From the NCBI GenBank assembly GCA_044450345.1, contig JBIOIY010000040.1:1-28752 (forward strand): a DNA stretch of 28,752 nt. Reading direction: 5' to 3'. Shown piece by piece: positions 18,086-27,032 of this stretch; positions within the stretch are counted from its first letter, which is position 1; every line of letters starts with the position of its first letter. Source of the DNA: Thermodesulfovibrionales bacterium (lineage in GTDB: Bacteria > Nitrospirota > Thermodesulfovibrionia > Thermodesulfovibrionales > UBA6898). A program made the translations under genes and the position numbers. The notes beneath the pieces were generated by a model. That model saw only the letters and a list, made by a program, of their open reading frames with translations. It made no database searches and was not told where the DNA came from.

Positions 18086-19222
18086 GTGACTATGTTCGAA
18101 AAGGGATTGCGAAGGTTAGAGAAGGGCAAATTGCTCCGTTATTTGCTGACGAGGGGATCGCCCCAGGGACCGGTCATTACAATCGGGGGCAAACGATATC
18201 TCAACTTCTCGTCCAATGATTACCTCGGACTCGCCTGCCGCCCTGAACTCCTGAAGGCCGCTGCCGAAGCAGGGAAGAGATTCGGGTTTGGTTCAGGCGC
18301 ATCGAGGCTTCTCGCCGGGGGCAGTTCCATCCATGAAAGACTCGAAAAGATGACCGCTGCCTTCAAAGAGACTGAAGCGGCATTGGTCTTCAATTCCGGC
18401 TATGCGGGCAACACCGGGCTAATCCCGTCTCTAGCACCCGGGCCCTGCGCGATCTTCAGCGACGAACTGAACCACGCGAGCATTATAGACGGATGCAGGC
18501 TGAGCGGCGCGAGGGTCCTTGTATTCAGGCACAGGAATGCCGGCCATCTCGAAGAGTTGATGAAGAGGGAGAGAGGAGGGCAAAAGGTCGTCGTTACGGA
18601 CTCTGTCTTCAGCATGGACGGGGACATCGCCCCGCTTCGGGACCTCTATTCCCTCTGCCTTCGGTATGATGCGGTCCTATACATCGACGATGCCCATGGG
18701 ACAGGAGTGCTCGGGAACGGCAAAGGGGCGCTTGCACATTTCGGTCTTATGCCGGGGCCGTGGATAGTACAGATGGGGACATTCTCGAAGGCGCTCGGCT
18801 CTTTCGGGGCTTTTGTTGCAGGGGACAAGGACGTCGTCGCCTGGATAACGAACACCGCCCGCAGTTTTATTTTTTCCACCGCGCTTCCGGCTCCGGTTGT
18901 GGCGGCGTCGATGAAGGCGCTCTGCATGGTGAAAAAAGGACGCGGACTTGTGCGAAAACTCTGGACGAACAGAAAGAACCTTGCGGGAGGACTCAAAGAT
19001 ATCGGCTATGATGAAGGACCGAGCGAGACGCCGATCATTACGATCAAACCTGGCACTATCAAAGAGACCATCGCACTGTCTGAATATCTGTGGAGAAAGG
19101 GGATTTATGCCCCCGCGATTAGACCCCCTACGGTAAGGGAACCGAGGCTCAGGATCACGGTGACCGCGGCCCATACGGAAAGGCATATCGGCAGGCTTAT
19201 CGGGATACTGAAAAGATTTTGA
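18086..19222 (+). CDS. bioF: 8-amino-7-oxononanoate synthase
   Basis: NFSSNDYLGL, GASRL, SGY, DELNHASIIDG, VFSMDGD, DDAHG, PLP lysine motif GTFSKALG, and AIRPPTV. Confidence 0.92.
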   Translation: MTMFEKGLRRLEKGKLLRYLLTRGSPQGPVITIGGKRYLNFSSNDYLGLACRPELLKAAAEAGKRFGFGSGASRLLAGGSSIHERLEKMTAAFKETEAALVFNSGYAGNTGLIPSLAPGPCAIFSDELNHASIIDGCRLSGARVLVFRHRNAGHLEELMKRERGGQKVVVTDSVFSMDGDIAPLRDLYSLCLRYDAVLYIDDAHGTGVLGNGKGALAHFGLMPGPWIVQMGTFSKALGSFGAFVAGDKDVVAWITNTARSFIFSTALPAPVVAASMKALCMVKKGRGLVRKLWTNRKNLAGGLKDIGYDEGPSETPIITIKPGTIKETIALSEYLWRKGIYAPAIRPPTVREPRLRITVTAAHTERHIGRLIGILKRF

Positions 19223-19249
19223 TGAGACGGAAAAGAAAAAGTGCTGCTG

Positions 19250-19882
19250 CTAGCCTCTCGGTATCAGGTAAAGACAGGACTGTGCCCCCTCTGACAGGGC
19301 CTGTTCCCGCGTAATGTTTTTGTTGATAAGGTCCCTGTACAACTGCAGCTCGTACGTGCAGGCGTCTTTGAATTCCGAAGAGATCTTGTATATAGGACAG
19401 TGGAACTGCTTTAGGTGGTAATTGCCGTTGTTCCTGCTGATCTCGATTAAGTGTCCGTTCGCCTCGAGGATATTCTTGAAGACGTGCAGGGTGTCCTCCA
19501 GGTTCTCTTTGCCCGAGAGCGCCTCCTTGTTCATATTGAAAAGCCTGTCCCTGCGCCAACTGAATATCTTATCGATTTTTTCACTGCCTTCATGTTTCTT
19601 GATGTCCCTCAGAAGGCCGACTGCGAAGCTGTCATAGGCGTCAGGGAACAGGACGTTGGCGGCTTCCGTAAGCATGTAGATAAAGCCCGGCCGTCCTATG
19701 CCTTTTCTCTTTGTGACATAAGTGACAATGCCTTTTTTCTCGAGCGCGAGAAGGTGCTGTCTTATTCCCATAGGTGTTATGTCGATGACTTTGCTGAGGT
19801 CTTCTATCGACATCCCACTGTTTTTCTTCAACAGGAGGATGATATTTTTCCTCGTTGAATTCTCTTCGATGAAAATGTCCAT
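19250..19882 (-). CDS. Winged-helix (ArsR-type) transcriptional regulator, SufR-like, with C-terminal Cys residues
   Basis: HTH ITPMGIRQHL..LE and GRP wing, with C-terminal HCPI-x10-C..E...C. Start moved to ATG 19882 because the 40-aa extension in the ORF track is AT-rich promoter DNA. Confidence 0.85.
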   Translation of the reverse strand: MDIFIEENSTRKNIILLLKKNSGMSIEDLSKVIDITPMGIRQHLLALEKKGIVTYVTKRKGIGRPGFIYMLTEAANVLFPDAYDSFAVGLLRDIKKHEGSEKIDKIFSWRRDRLFNMNKEALSGKENLEDTLHVFKNILEANGHLIEISRNNGNYHLKQFHCPIYKISSEFKDACTYELQLYRDLINKNITREQALSEGAQSCLYLIPRG

Positions 19883-19889
19883 ACCTGTC

Positions 19890-19918
19890 AAAATAGCACA
19901 TATTGAAGTTTTTGTAAA
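19890..19918 (-). promoter_or_regulatory. Sigma70-type promoter, probably leaderless, of the SufR-like regulator
   Basis: On the minus strand: TTTACA (19918-19913), 17 bp, then TATTTT (19895-19890) with an extended TGc, then 7 nt to the ATG. No SD. Confidence 0.65.
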
Positions 19919-19985
19919 CAAAAAAGTAAAAAAACTTAATATTTTACAAAAAAAGTGTCTTTCGTATTTTAATGTTGATAGAACC

Positions 19986-20103
19986 CTGGATCCCCGGGTC
20001 AAGCCTGCCTGCCGGCAGGCAGGCCCGAGGATGACGATCTTAACAGCATGCCATTCCCGCAGGTTTTAACCAGAAGTAGGTGCATTAAGCAGCGGGAATC
20101 CAG
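19986..20103. repeat. Pair of CGTC/GTCAT-type palindromic repeats, one containing a nested perfect palindrome
   Basis: CTGGATCCCCGGG-TCAAG-[CCTGCCTGCCGGCAGGCAGG]-CCCGAGGATGAC (19986-20035) and GCCATTCCCGC-31 nt-GCGGGAATCCAG (20050-20103). Confidence 0.75.
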
Positions 20104-20324
20104 TTAGAATTATGGTCATTTCAACATATTTACGAATGAACCCAAAAAAAGGAAGGTTTGCCAGATAAAGCGGGCTGTGCAGTTTCAAAATACGAAAAGG
20201 AGCAGCTACGTCATCGCCGGATCTTCCCTGATGAGAAAAAAGAGTGATATTTCGCCCCTGACGTATTATGATAATAATAACCTCGTGAGAGTGTTTTATC
20301 CTTAATAATAAAAAGGAGATTGCT

Positions 20325-20819
20325 ATGGTAACTGGGAAGGAAGATCTGTTAAGGTCCCTTATCGAAGTGTTCATTATGGAAAAGGGGACGCATGAATTCT
20401 ATGAAAAGGCGGCGACAAAGGCGATCAGTACCGAAGCAAGAAATACCTTCCGGGAGCTTTCCGCCTGGGAGGAGAAGCATATGGAGTACATCGAGTTCAT
20501 TTACCTTTCGCTCCAGGATGACAGGGACTTGGAAAAGTTCGAGGATTTCAAACGAAGAACAGAGGCGCCCGTTACCGAAGGCGGCATCCCCGTTAAAGAT
20601 CTGGAATCGAAAATCGAGGAGTCGTTCTTCCTTGATGACATGGGGGCTTTGATCATGGCGCTCGAGATAGAGGGGAAGGCATACAATCTTTACCGGAACC
20701 TGTCCGAGAAGGCTGAGGACGGAAACGCCCGGGTAGTATTCAAGGAGATGATGGATATGGAGCTCGATCATATCTCGTATCTGAAGAAATTGAGGCCCAA
20801 ACTTGCTGAAACTGCGTGA
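20325..20819 (+). CDS. Ferritin-like/rubrerythrin family di-iron protein
   Basis: Two E-x6-Y...ExxH repeats (EKGTHEFY/EEKH and EGKAYNLY/ELDH). SD AAGGAG. No rubredoxin domain. Confidence 0.88.
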   Translation: MVTGKEDLLRSLIEVFIMEKGTHEFYEKAATKAISTEARNTFRELSAWEEKHMEYIEFIYLSLQDDRDLEKFEDFKRRTEAPVTEGGIPVKDLESKIEESFFLDDMGALIMALEIEGKAYNLYRNLSEKAEDGNARVVFKEMMDMELDHISYLKKLRPKLAETA

Positions 20820-21648
20820 CGGCATCGTAGAGCTTTATAAAAAGGTCGCCACTTCACTCCCTCCGGACATAGAGGACGCTTTGCGTTCGGCGCTCTCTCG
20901 TGAGGCGGAAGACTCGCCGGCCTATTCTTCTTTGTCTATAATGATCGAAAATGTCCGGAGGGCAAGAGATACGGCAAGGCCGATATGCCAGGACACCGGG
21001 GTGCCGGTCTTTTTCGTCAGGGTACCTGTGGGACTGAGCCAACTGGATTTGAAGGAGACGATCTTCGATGCCACGCGGATTGCTACCGCAAAAGTACCTT
21101 TAAGACCGAACGCGGTCGACGTTATCACGGAAAAGAATTCCGGCGACAATACGGGGACGGGGTTCCCTCTTGTGTATATCGAAGAGACGAGCGGGGGGAC
21201 GCTGACGATAGACCTCATGATGAAGGGCGGCGGCAGCGAAAACGCCGGACAGCTTTACAAGCTCCCCGTTGAGGAGCTGAAAGCGCAGCGTGACCTCGAC
21301 GGGGTGAGAAAATGCGTGCTCGATGCGATACAAAAGGCGCAGGGCAGAGGGTGTCCGCCTTATATCATAGGTGTCGGCATCGGCGCTGCCAAGGACCAGG
21401 TGACAAGACTGGCCAAGGACCAGTTGATGCGAAAACTCACCGACTCCAGCAAGATCGACGAACTTGCAAAACTGGAAAATAAATTGCTGGAAGAAATCAA
21501 TGATCTCGGAATCGGCCCCCAGGGCCTCGGCGGGAGGACGACTGCGCTTGGGGTCAAGATCGGCGTCAACCATCGGCATCCTGCATCCTATTTCGTGGAT
21601 GTATCGGTGAGCTGCTGGGCACACAGGAGGGGAAGGCTTATATGGTAA
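20803..21648 (+). CDS. Class I Fe-S fumarate hydratase / tartrate dehydratase, alpha subunit
   Basis: PICQDTG, KGGGSEN, GCPP, GIGPQGLGG and HPAS...CWA motifs. The TTG start overlaps the upstream gene. Confidence 0.92.
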   Translation: MLKLRDGIVELYKKVATSLPPDIEDALRSALSREAEDSPAYSSLSIMIENVRRARDTARPICQDTGVPVFFVRVPVGLSQLDLKETIFDATRIATAKVPLRPNAVDVITEKNSGDNTGTGFPLVYIEETSGGTLTIDLMMKGGGSENAGQLYKLPVEELKAQRDLDGVRKCVLDAIQKAQGRGCPPYIIGVGIGAAKDQVTRLAKDQLMRKLTDSSKIDELAKLENKLLEEINDLGIGPQGLGGRTTALGVKIGVNHRHPASYFVDVSVSCWAHRRGRLIW

Positions 21649-22235
21649 GGCCTGTTGCACTGAATCTTCCGCTTTCCGCCCCCGACGTTCGCGGACTGAA
21701 GGCCGGAGATATCGTTACCCTGAGCGGCAGAATAGTTACGGGAAGGGACAGGGTCCATAAATATCTGGCGGAAAAAAGACCCCCAAAGGAGGACATCCCT
21801 TTTGAGTTGTCCGGTGCGGTCCTTTATCACTGCGGCCCTGTAATGGAAAAGTCAGGAGACGGGTACAGGGCTGTGTCGGCGGGGCCGACGACGAGTATGC
21901 GCGTCGAAATGTACGAGGCACAGATAATAAGGGAATATAATCTCAGGGGGATAATGGGCAAAGGGGGCATGGGCGAAGCGACGCGCCGGGCGCTGAAGGA
22001 AGACGGCTGCGTGTATCTCCACACCATAGGCGGCGCAGCCGTCTACCTCGCAGACAGGATCAGGAAGGTTCCCGGCGTATGGAAATTGGAGGAGTTCGGC
22101 CCGACCGAGGCGATGTGGCTGTTCGAGGTAGAGGGGTTTCCTGCGATCGTGACGATGGATTGTCAGGGGAACGACATCCACCGGGAATTGGAAAAAGAGT
22201 CTTTCAGAAGATTCCGGGAGCTTGTCGGGAAATGA
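21642..22235 (+). CDS. Class I Fe-S fumarate hydratase / tartrate dehydratase, beta subunit
   Basis: GRDRVH, YHCGP, GPTTSMR, GKGGM, GGAA and EAMW motifs. Confidence 0.92.
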   Translation: MVRPVALNLPLSAPDVRGLKAGDIVTLSGRIVTGRDRVHKYLAEKRPPKEDIPFELSGAVLYHCGPVMEKSGDGYRAVSAGPTTSMRVEMYEAQIIREYNLRGIMGKGGMGEATRRALKEDGCVYLHTIGGAAVYLADRIRKVPGVWKLEEFGPTEAMWLFEVEGFPAIVTMDCQGNDIHRELEKESFRRFRELVGK

Positions 22236-22248
22236 GGGGATATAATAA

Positions 22249-23139
22249 ATGAGCATCTTTATCGCCGGAGCCAGCGGGTTTGTGGGGGGTCATCTTGTGA
22301 ATGACCTGCTTTCCCGCGGGCAGAGAGTGAGGTGCCTGGTCCGTTCCGAAAAAAAAAGGGCCCTTTTGTCCGCAAGAGGCGCCGAAGTCGTCCGCGGCGA
22401 CATAACATCTCCTGAAATGGTGCGCGGCGTACTGGGGCCGGACGATTTTGTTGTCCATCTTGTGGGGATCATCGAAGAGAAGGGAAGTGCGACTTTCAGG
22501 GCCGTCCATGTAGAAGGGACGTCCAACCTGGTCGCCGAGGCAAGACGCGCGGGGGTGAAACACTTCTTCTATCAGTCTGCCCTCGGGGCGGATAGGGATT
22601 CCTGGTCCGGATATCTAAAGACAAAGGGGGAGGCCGAGGAGATCGTGAAGCAGAGCGGGCTGAACTATACGATATTCAGACCTTCGCTCATCATAGGGCC
22701 CTGGGACGGTTTTACGAAAAAGATACTGGACATGCTGAGACTCTCTCCGGTCATTCCGATACCCGGCGAGGGAAGGGCGAAATTTCAGCCTGTATATATC
22801 AAAGACTGGCTCGCGTGTGTCAAAAAAGTCATCGATACCCCTTTGTCCTATCTATCGACCGTTGATATCGGCGGGCCGGAGCATCTTACCTACAGAGAGA
22901 TCGTTGAGGCGCTTGCGGAATCCGCCGGCAGAAAGAAACCCGTCTTTAATATCCCTATGGGCCTGATGAAGATATCGACCCTTTTTCTTGAGGCTGTGTT
23001 ATCTTCGCCACCGGTCACCTCGGACCAGTTGCGTCTGCTTGAGTCCGACAACATCTGCGACATGGGGACGATAGAAAAGAATTTCGGGTTCAGGCCTATG
23101 AAGCTGCGGGAAGCGCTGAAGGAATTTATTAAGGAGTAG
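22249..23139 (+). CDS. NDUFA9-like atypical SDR (NAD(P)-dependent epimerase/dehydratase family)
   Basis: GASGFVG, HLVGII, SALGA, YLKTK (YxxxK-like), RPSLI and FQPVYIKD motifs. Confidence 0.88.
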   Translation: MSIFIAGASGFVGGHLVNDLLSRGQRVRCLVRSEKKRALLSARGAEVVRGDITSPEMVRGVLGPDDFVVHLVGIIEEKGSATFRAVHVEGTSNLVAEARRAGVKHFFYQSALGADRDSWSGYLKTKGEAEEIVKQSGLNYTIFRPSLIIGPWDGFTKKILDMLRLSPVIPIPGEGRAKFQPVYIKDWLACVKKVIDTPLSYLSTVDIGGPEHLTYREIVEALAESAGRKKPVFNIPMGLMKISTLFLEAVLSSPPVTSDQLRLLESDNICDMGTIEKNFGFRPMKLREALKEFIKE

Positions 23140-23163
23140 GGGCGAACAGTCGTTCGCCCTTAC
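23136..23163. repeat. GTAG-type REP between convergent genes
   Basis: GTAG-GGGCGAAC-AGTC-GTTCGCCC-TTAC. The TAG of GTAG is the stop codon of the SDR gene. Confidence 0.75.
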
Positions 23164-23582
23164 TATTTTTTTACCACGAGCACGTCGCATTCCGCATGGT
23201 CCACGATTTTCGAAGACACACTGCCCAGAAGGAACCTCTGCGCGCCGTGTCTGCCATGGGAACCGGTGATGATGACATCGGCCTTCATTCTTTCCGCTGT
23301 ATTTAGGATCTCATCGGCGGGGTCGCCCTGCTTAATAACGGTCTTCAGGGATTTTACATGTTTCGACTTTGCCTTTATCTTTTCCATCATTTCCCGGGTC
23401 TCTTTGGCCATAGTGTCGAGTATTCTGACTCTGTCCATCTCCATCAGTTCAGTGAGATAGAGTTCCGGAATGACCGACAGCACTGTAAGGGATGATCCGA
23501 ACGTCTCGGCGATCTGAAACGCCTTCTTCAGTGCCTTTTCCGAAGACTTTGACCCGTCATGCGCAATAAGAATTTTTTTCAT
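23163..23582 (-). CDS. Universal stress protein
   Basis: KKILIAHDGS, GDPADEI and GSHGRHGAQRFLLGSVS...CDVLVV. SD AGGAG. Confidence 0.95.
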   Translation of the reverse strand: MKKILIAHDGSKSSEKALKKAFQIAETFGSSLTVLSVIPELYLTELMEMDRVRILDTMAKETREMMEKIKAKSKHVKSLKTVIKQGDPADEILNTAERMKADVIITGSHGRHGAQRFLLGSVSSKIVDHAECDVLVVKK

Positions 23583-23692
23583 ATATACTCCTCTTTTCTT
23601 AAATTCTAGCAGATATGACCGTCTCTGTCTTTTTTTTTTTTCGAGAAAAGATTAGAATAGTTGATTCCGTTTACGTTAAAAGGAGAAGACTT

Positions 23693-24844
23693 ATGGCAAA
23701 AAAGGACTATTACTTTACTTCCGAATCGGTCACTGAAGGGCATCCGGATAAGATCGCCGACCAGATTTCCGATTCTATCCTTGATGCGATATTGGCACAG
23801 GACCCCATTGCCAGAGTCGCTTGCGAAACGCTTGTGACTACAGGACTCGCCTTCGTGGCTGGTGAAATATCCACGACGTGCTATGTCCATATACCCGATA
23901 TAGTCAGGGAGACGATAAAAAACATAGGATACACCCGTGCCAAGTACGGCTTTGATTACGAGACCTGTTCGGTCATCACCTCGATCGACCAGCAATCTTC
24001 GGATATTGCCATGGGCGTGGATACGGGAGGGGCAGGAGACCAGGGACTCATGTTCGGGTTCGCCTGCAACGAGACCGAGGAGTTGATGCCGCTGCCTATA
24101 ATGCTGGCCCACAAGATCGCCATGCGTCTGTCCGAGGTGAGGAAAAACGATGTCCTTGCCTATCTCAGACCCGACGGGAAGTCTCAGGTCACCGTCGAAT
24201 ACCAGGACGGAAAGCCCTTCAGGATAGACACGGTAGTGGTGTCGTCCCAGCACAGTCCGGATGTGCACCTCAAGGACCTGAAGGACGACATCATAGAGAA
24301 GGTCGTGAAGCCGGTGCTTCCGAAGGCCCTCCTCGATGAGGAGAATATAAAGTATTACATCAATCCCACCGGCCGGTTCGTCGTGGGCGGTCCGATGGGT
24401 GACACCGGACTGACGGGCCGGAAGATTATCGTCGACAGCTACGGCGGGGTGGGCAGTCACGGAGGGGGATGTTTTTCAGGGAAGGACCCCACGAAGGTCG
24501 ACCGCTCGGGCGCGTATATCTCCCGCTACATTGCGAAGAATATTGTTGCTGCGGGGCTCGCAGAGAGGGTCGAGGTACAGCTCGCTTACGCGATCGGCGT
24601 TCCGGAACCTGTCTCGATCCTTGTCGACACCTTCGGCACCGGGAGGATACCTGAGGAGAAGATTGTGCCCCTGATCAGAAAAAATTTCAATCTCACACCG
24701 AAGGGGATCATAGAAACACTGAATCTCAGGAGGCCGATATATAAGAAGACCGCTGCCTACGGCCACTTCGGGAAAAACGATCCCGATTTCACCTGGGAGG
24801 CCACGGACAAGGCGGCGACCCTAAAGAGAGAGGCCGGACTGTAA
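23693..24844 (+). CDS. metK: S-adenosylmethionine synthetase
   Basis: [49 protein letters not shown] and AAYGHFG. SD AAGGAG before ATG 23693. Confidence 0.98.
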   Translation: MAKKDYYFTSESVTEGHPDKIADQISDSILDAILAQDPIARVACETLVTTGLAFVAGEISTTCYVHIPDIVRETIKNIGYTRAKYGFDYETCSVITSIDQQSSDIAMGVDTGGAGDQGLMFGFACNETEELMPLPIMLAHKIAMRLSEVRKNDVLAYLRPDGKSQVTVEYQDGKPFRIDTVVVSSQHSPDVHLKDLKDDIIEKVVKPVLPKALLDEENIKYYINPTGRFVVGGPMGDTGLTGRKIIVDSYGGVGSHGGGCFSGKDPTKVDRSGAYISRYIAKNIVAAGLAERVEVQLAYAIGVPEPVSILVDTFGTGRIPEEKIVPLIRKNFNLTPKGIIETLNLRRPIYKKTAAYGHFGKNDPDFTWEATDKAATLKREAGL

Positions 24845-24851
24845 GATTATT

Positions 24852-24915
24852 GTAGGGGCGCAGTTACTGCGCCCTTGCTATGGCAAAAAAGAGGGCGGGG
24901 AAACCCCTCCCCTAC
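24852..24915. repeat. Inverted pair of GTAG-type REPs (REPIN-like doublet)
   Basis: GTAG-GGGCGCAG-TTA-CTGCGCCC on the plus strand (24852-24874) and GTAG-GGGAGGGG-TTT-CCCCGCCC on the minus strand (24915-24893). Confidence 0.8.
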
Positions 24916-24930
24916 AAATAAGGAGGATAG

Positions 24931-26190
<1,260 letters not shown>

Positions 26191-26223
26191 GGAAATAGAT
26201 TATAACATTGTCTGAACTTCTCT

Positions 26224-26260
26224 AAGAAAGCCCTCCTCACAAAAGGAGGGCTTTCTTTTT
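26224..26260 (+). terminator. Intrinsic terminator after metK-ahcY
   Basis: 14-bp stem AAGAAAGCCCTCCT-CACAAA-AGGAGGGCTTTCTT followed by TTT. Confidence 0.88.
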
Positions 26261-26376
26261 GGCCAAGGCTGATCCCGCAAGCAAAGAATTCAAGGTACTT
26301 GGCAGTGGGTCAGCCAACCAACCCACTACCAGATCCTTTTCTTGTTACTACGCCGTAAAGTATGGTATTTTTAAGT

Positions 26377-26823
26377 ATGTCCGGTAAGGTTGTCTCGGTC
26401 AACATCAGCGGGAAAAAAGGCATCAGGAAGAAACCTGTGGAAGAGGTCGTACTGAAGACAGAGTACGGCATCGAAGGTGATGCGCATGCCTCTTCAGAAT
26501 GGCACAGGCAGGTGAGCCTCCTTGCGCTGGAGAGCATACAAAAGATGCGGGAGATGGGGCTCAATGTATCACCGGGCGATTTTGCCGAGAATATCACCAC
26601 GGAAGGAATAGACCTTGTCTCTCTCCCCGTCGGAACAATAATGCGTATCGGCGACGAAGCGACCGGGGAGGTGAGCCAGATAGGGAAGGAATGTCATACG
26701 CGGTGCGCCATCTACTATCAGGCCGGCGACTGTGTGATGCCGAAGGAAGGGATATTTATAAGGGTCATCAATGGGGGCAGAGTAAAAAAAGGGGACAGAA
26801 TTAGTGTCACTGTCGGTGAATAA
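26377..26823 (+). CDS. MOSC domain protein
   Basis: GIEGDAH, RQVSLL, GDFAENIT, QIGKECH..CAI...GDCVMP.EG motifs. Start placed at ATG 26377 (MSGKVVSVNIS). Confidence 0.9.
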   Translation: MSGKVVSVNISGKKGIRKKPVEEVVLKTEYGIEGDAHASSEWHRQVSLLALESIQKMREMGLNVSPGDFAENITTEGIDLVSLPVGTIMRIGDEATGEVSQIGKECHTRCAIYYQAGDCVMPKEGIFIRVINGGRVKKGDRISVTVGE

Positions 26824-26880
26824 GGTCCATGATTTCGTCTTTGTCTCAAATCAGACAATGTCCAGTGAGGGAGTTAGGTT

Positions 26881-26995
26881 GTCATTCCCGCTTGTCGGGA
26901 ATCCTTTCGAGTCGTGCAAAAAACAAATGAAAGAAAGATTCCGGACAAGTTTACCCGCCTCCGGCGGCGCCAACGGCGACCACGGCCGGAATGAC
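26881..26995. repeat. Inverted pair of GTCAT-type palindromic repeats, the second with a 36-nt nested insert
   Basis: GTCATTCCCG-CTTGT-CGGGAATC (26881-26903) and GATTCCGG-ACAAG-[36 nt]-CCGGAATGAC (26937-26995). Confidence 0.8.
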
Positions 26996-27032
26996 ATTAA
27001 AGCAATAGATGGCTACTATTTTGAATGACAGG

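Noticed and set aside
19883..20002. 40-aa N-terminal extension of the regulator in the ORF track
   Set aside because: It translates poly-T promoter DNA and starts inside a palindromic repeat.
20066..20374. 102-aa minus-strand ORF, and short plus-strand ORFs in the regulator-ferritin spacer
   Set aside because: They have no SD or motifs, and they overlap the repeat and the ferritin-like gene start.
23583..23692. SAM or SAH riboswitch upstream of metK-ahcY
   Set aside because: The spacer is only 110 bp, AT-rich and shared with the divergent USP gene, with no aptamer helices. The metK-ahcY spacer is explained by REPs.
23606..24460. 284-aa minus-strand ORF and similar long alternative-frame ORFs over ugd, msbA, fumarase, ahcY and mog
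   Set aside because: They are antisense or frame shadows of well-conserved genes, caused by codon bias.
26267..26315. GGCTGATCC...GGGTCAGCC stem upstream of MOSC-mog as a Moco/Wco riboswitch
   Set aside because: It lacks the Moco RNA motif elements, and it lies upstream of the inferred MOSC promoter, so it is probably not in that transcript.
26804..27028. 74-aa ORF between MOSC and mog
   Set aside because: It reads through the palindromic repeat pair and has no SD or protein-like features.
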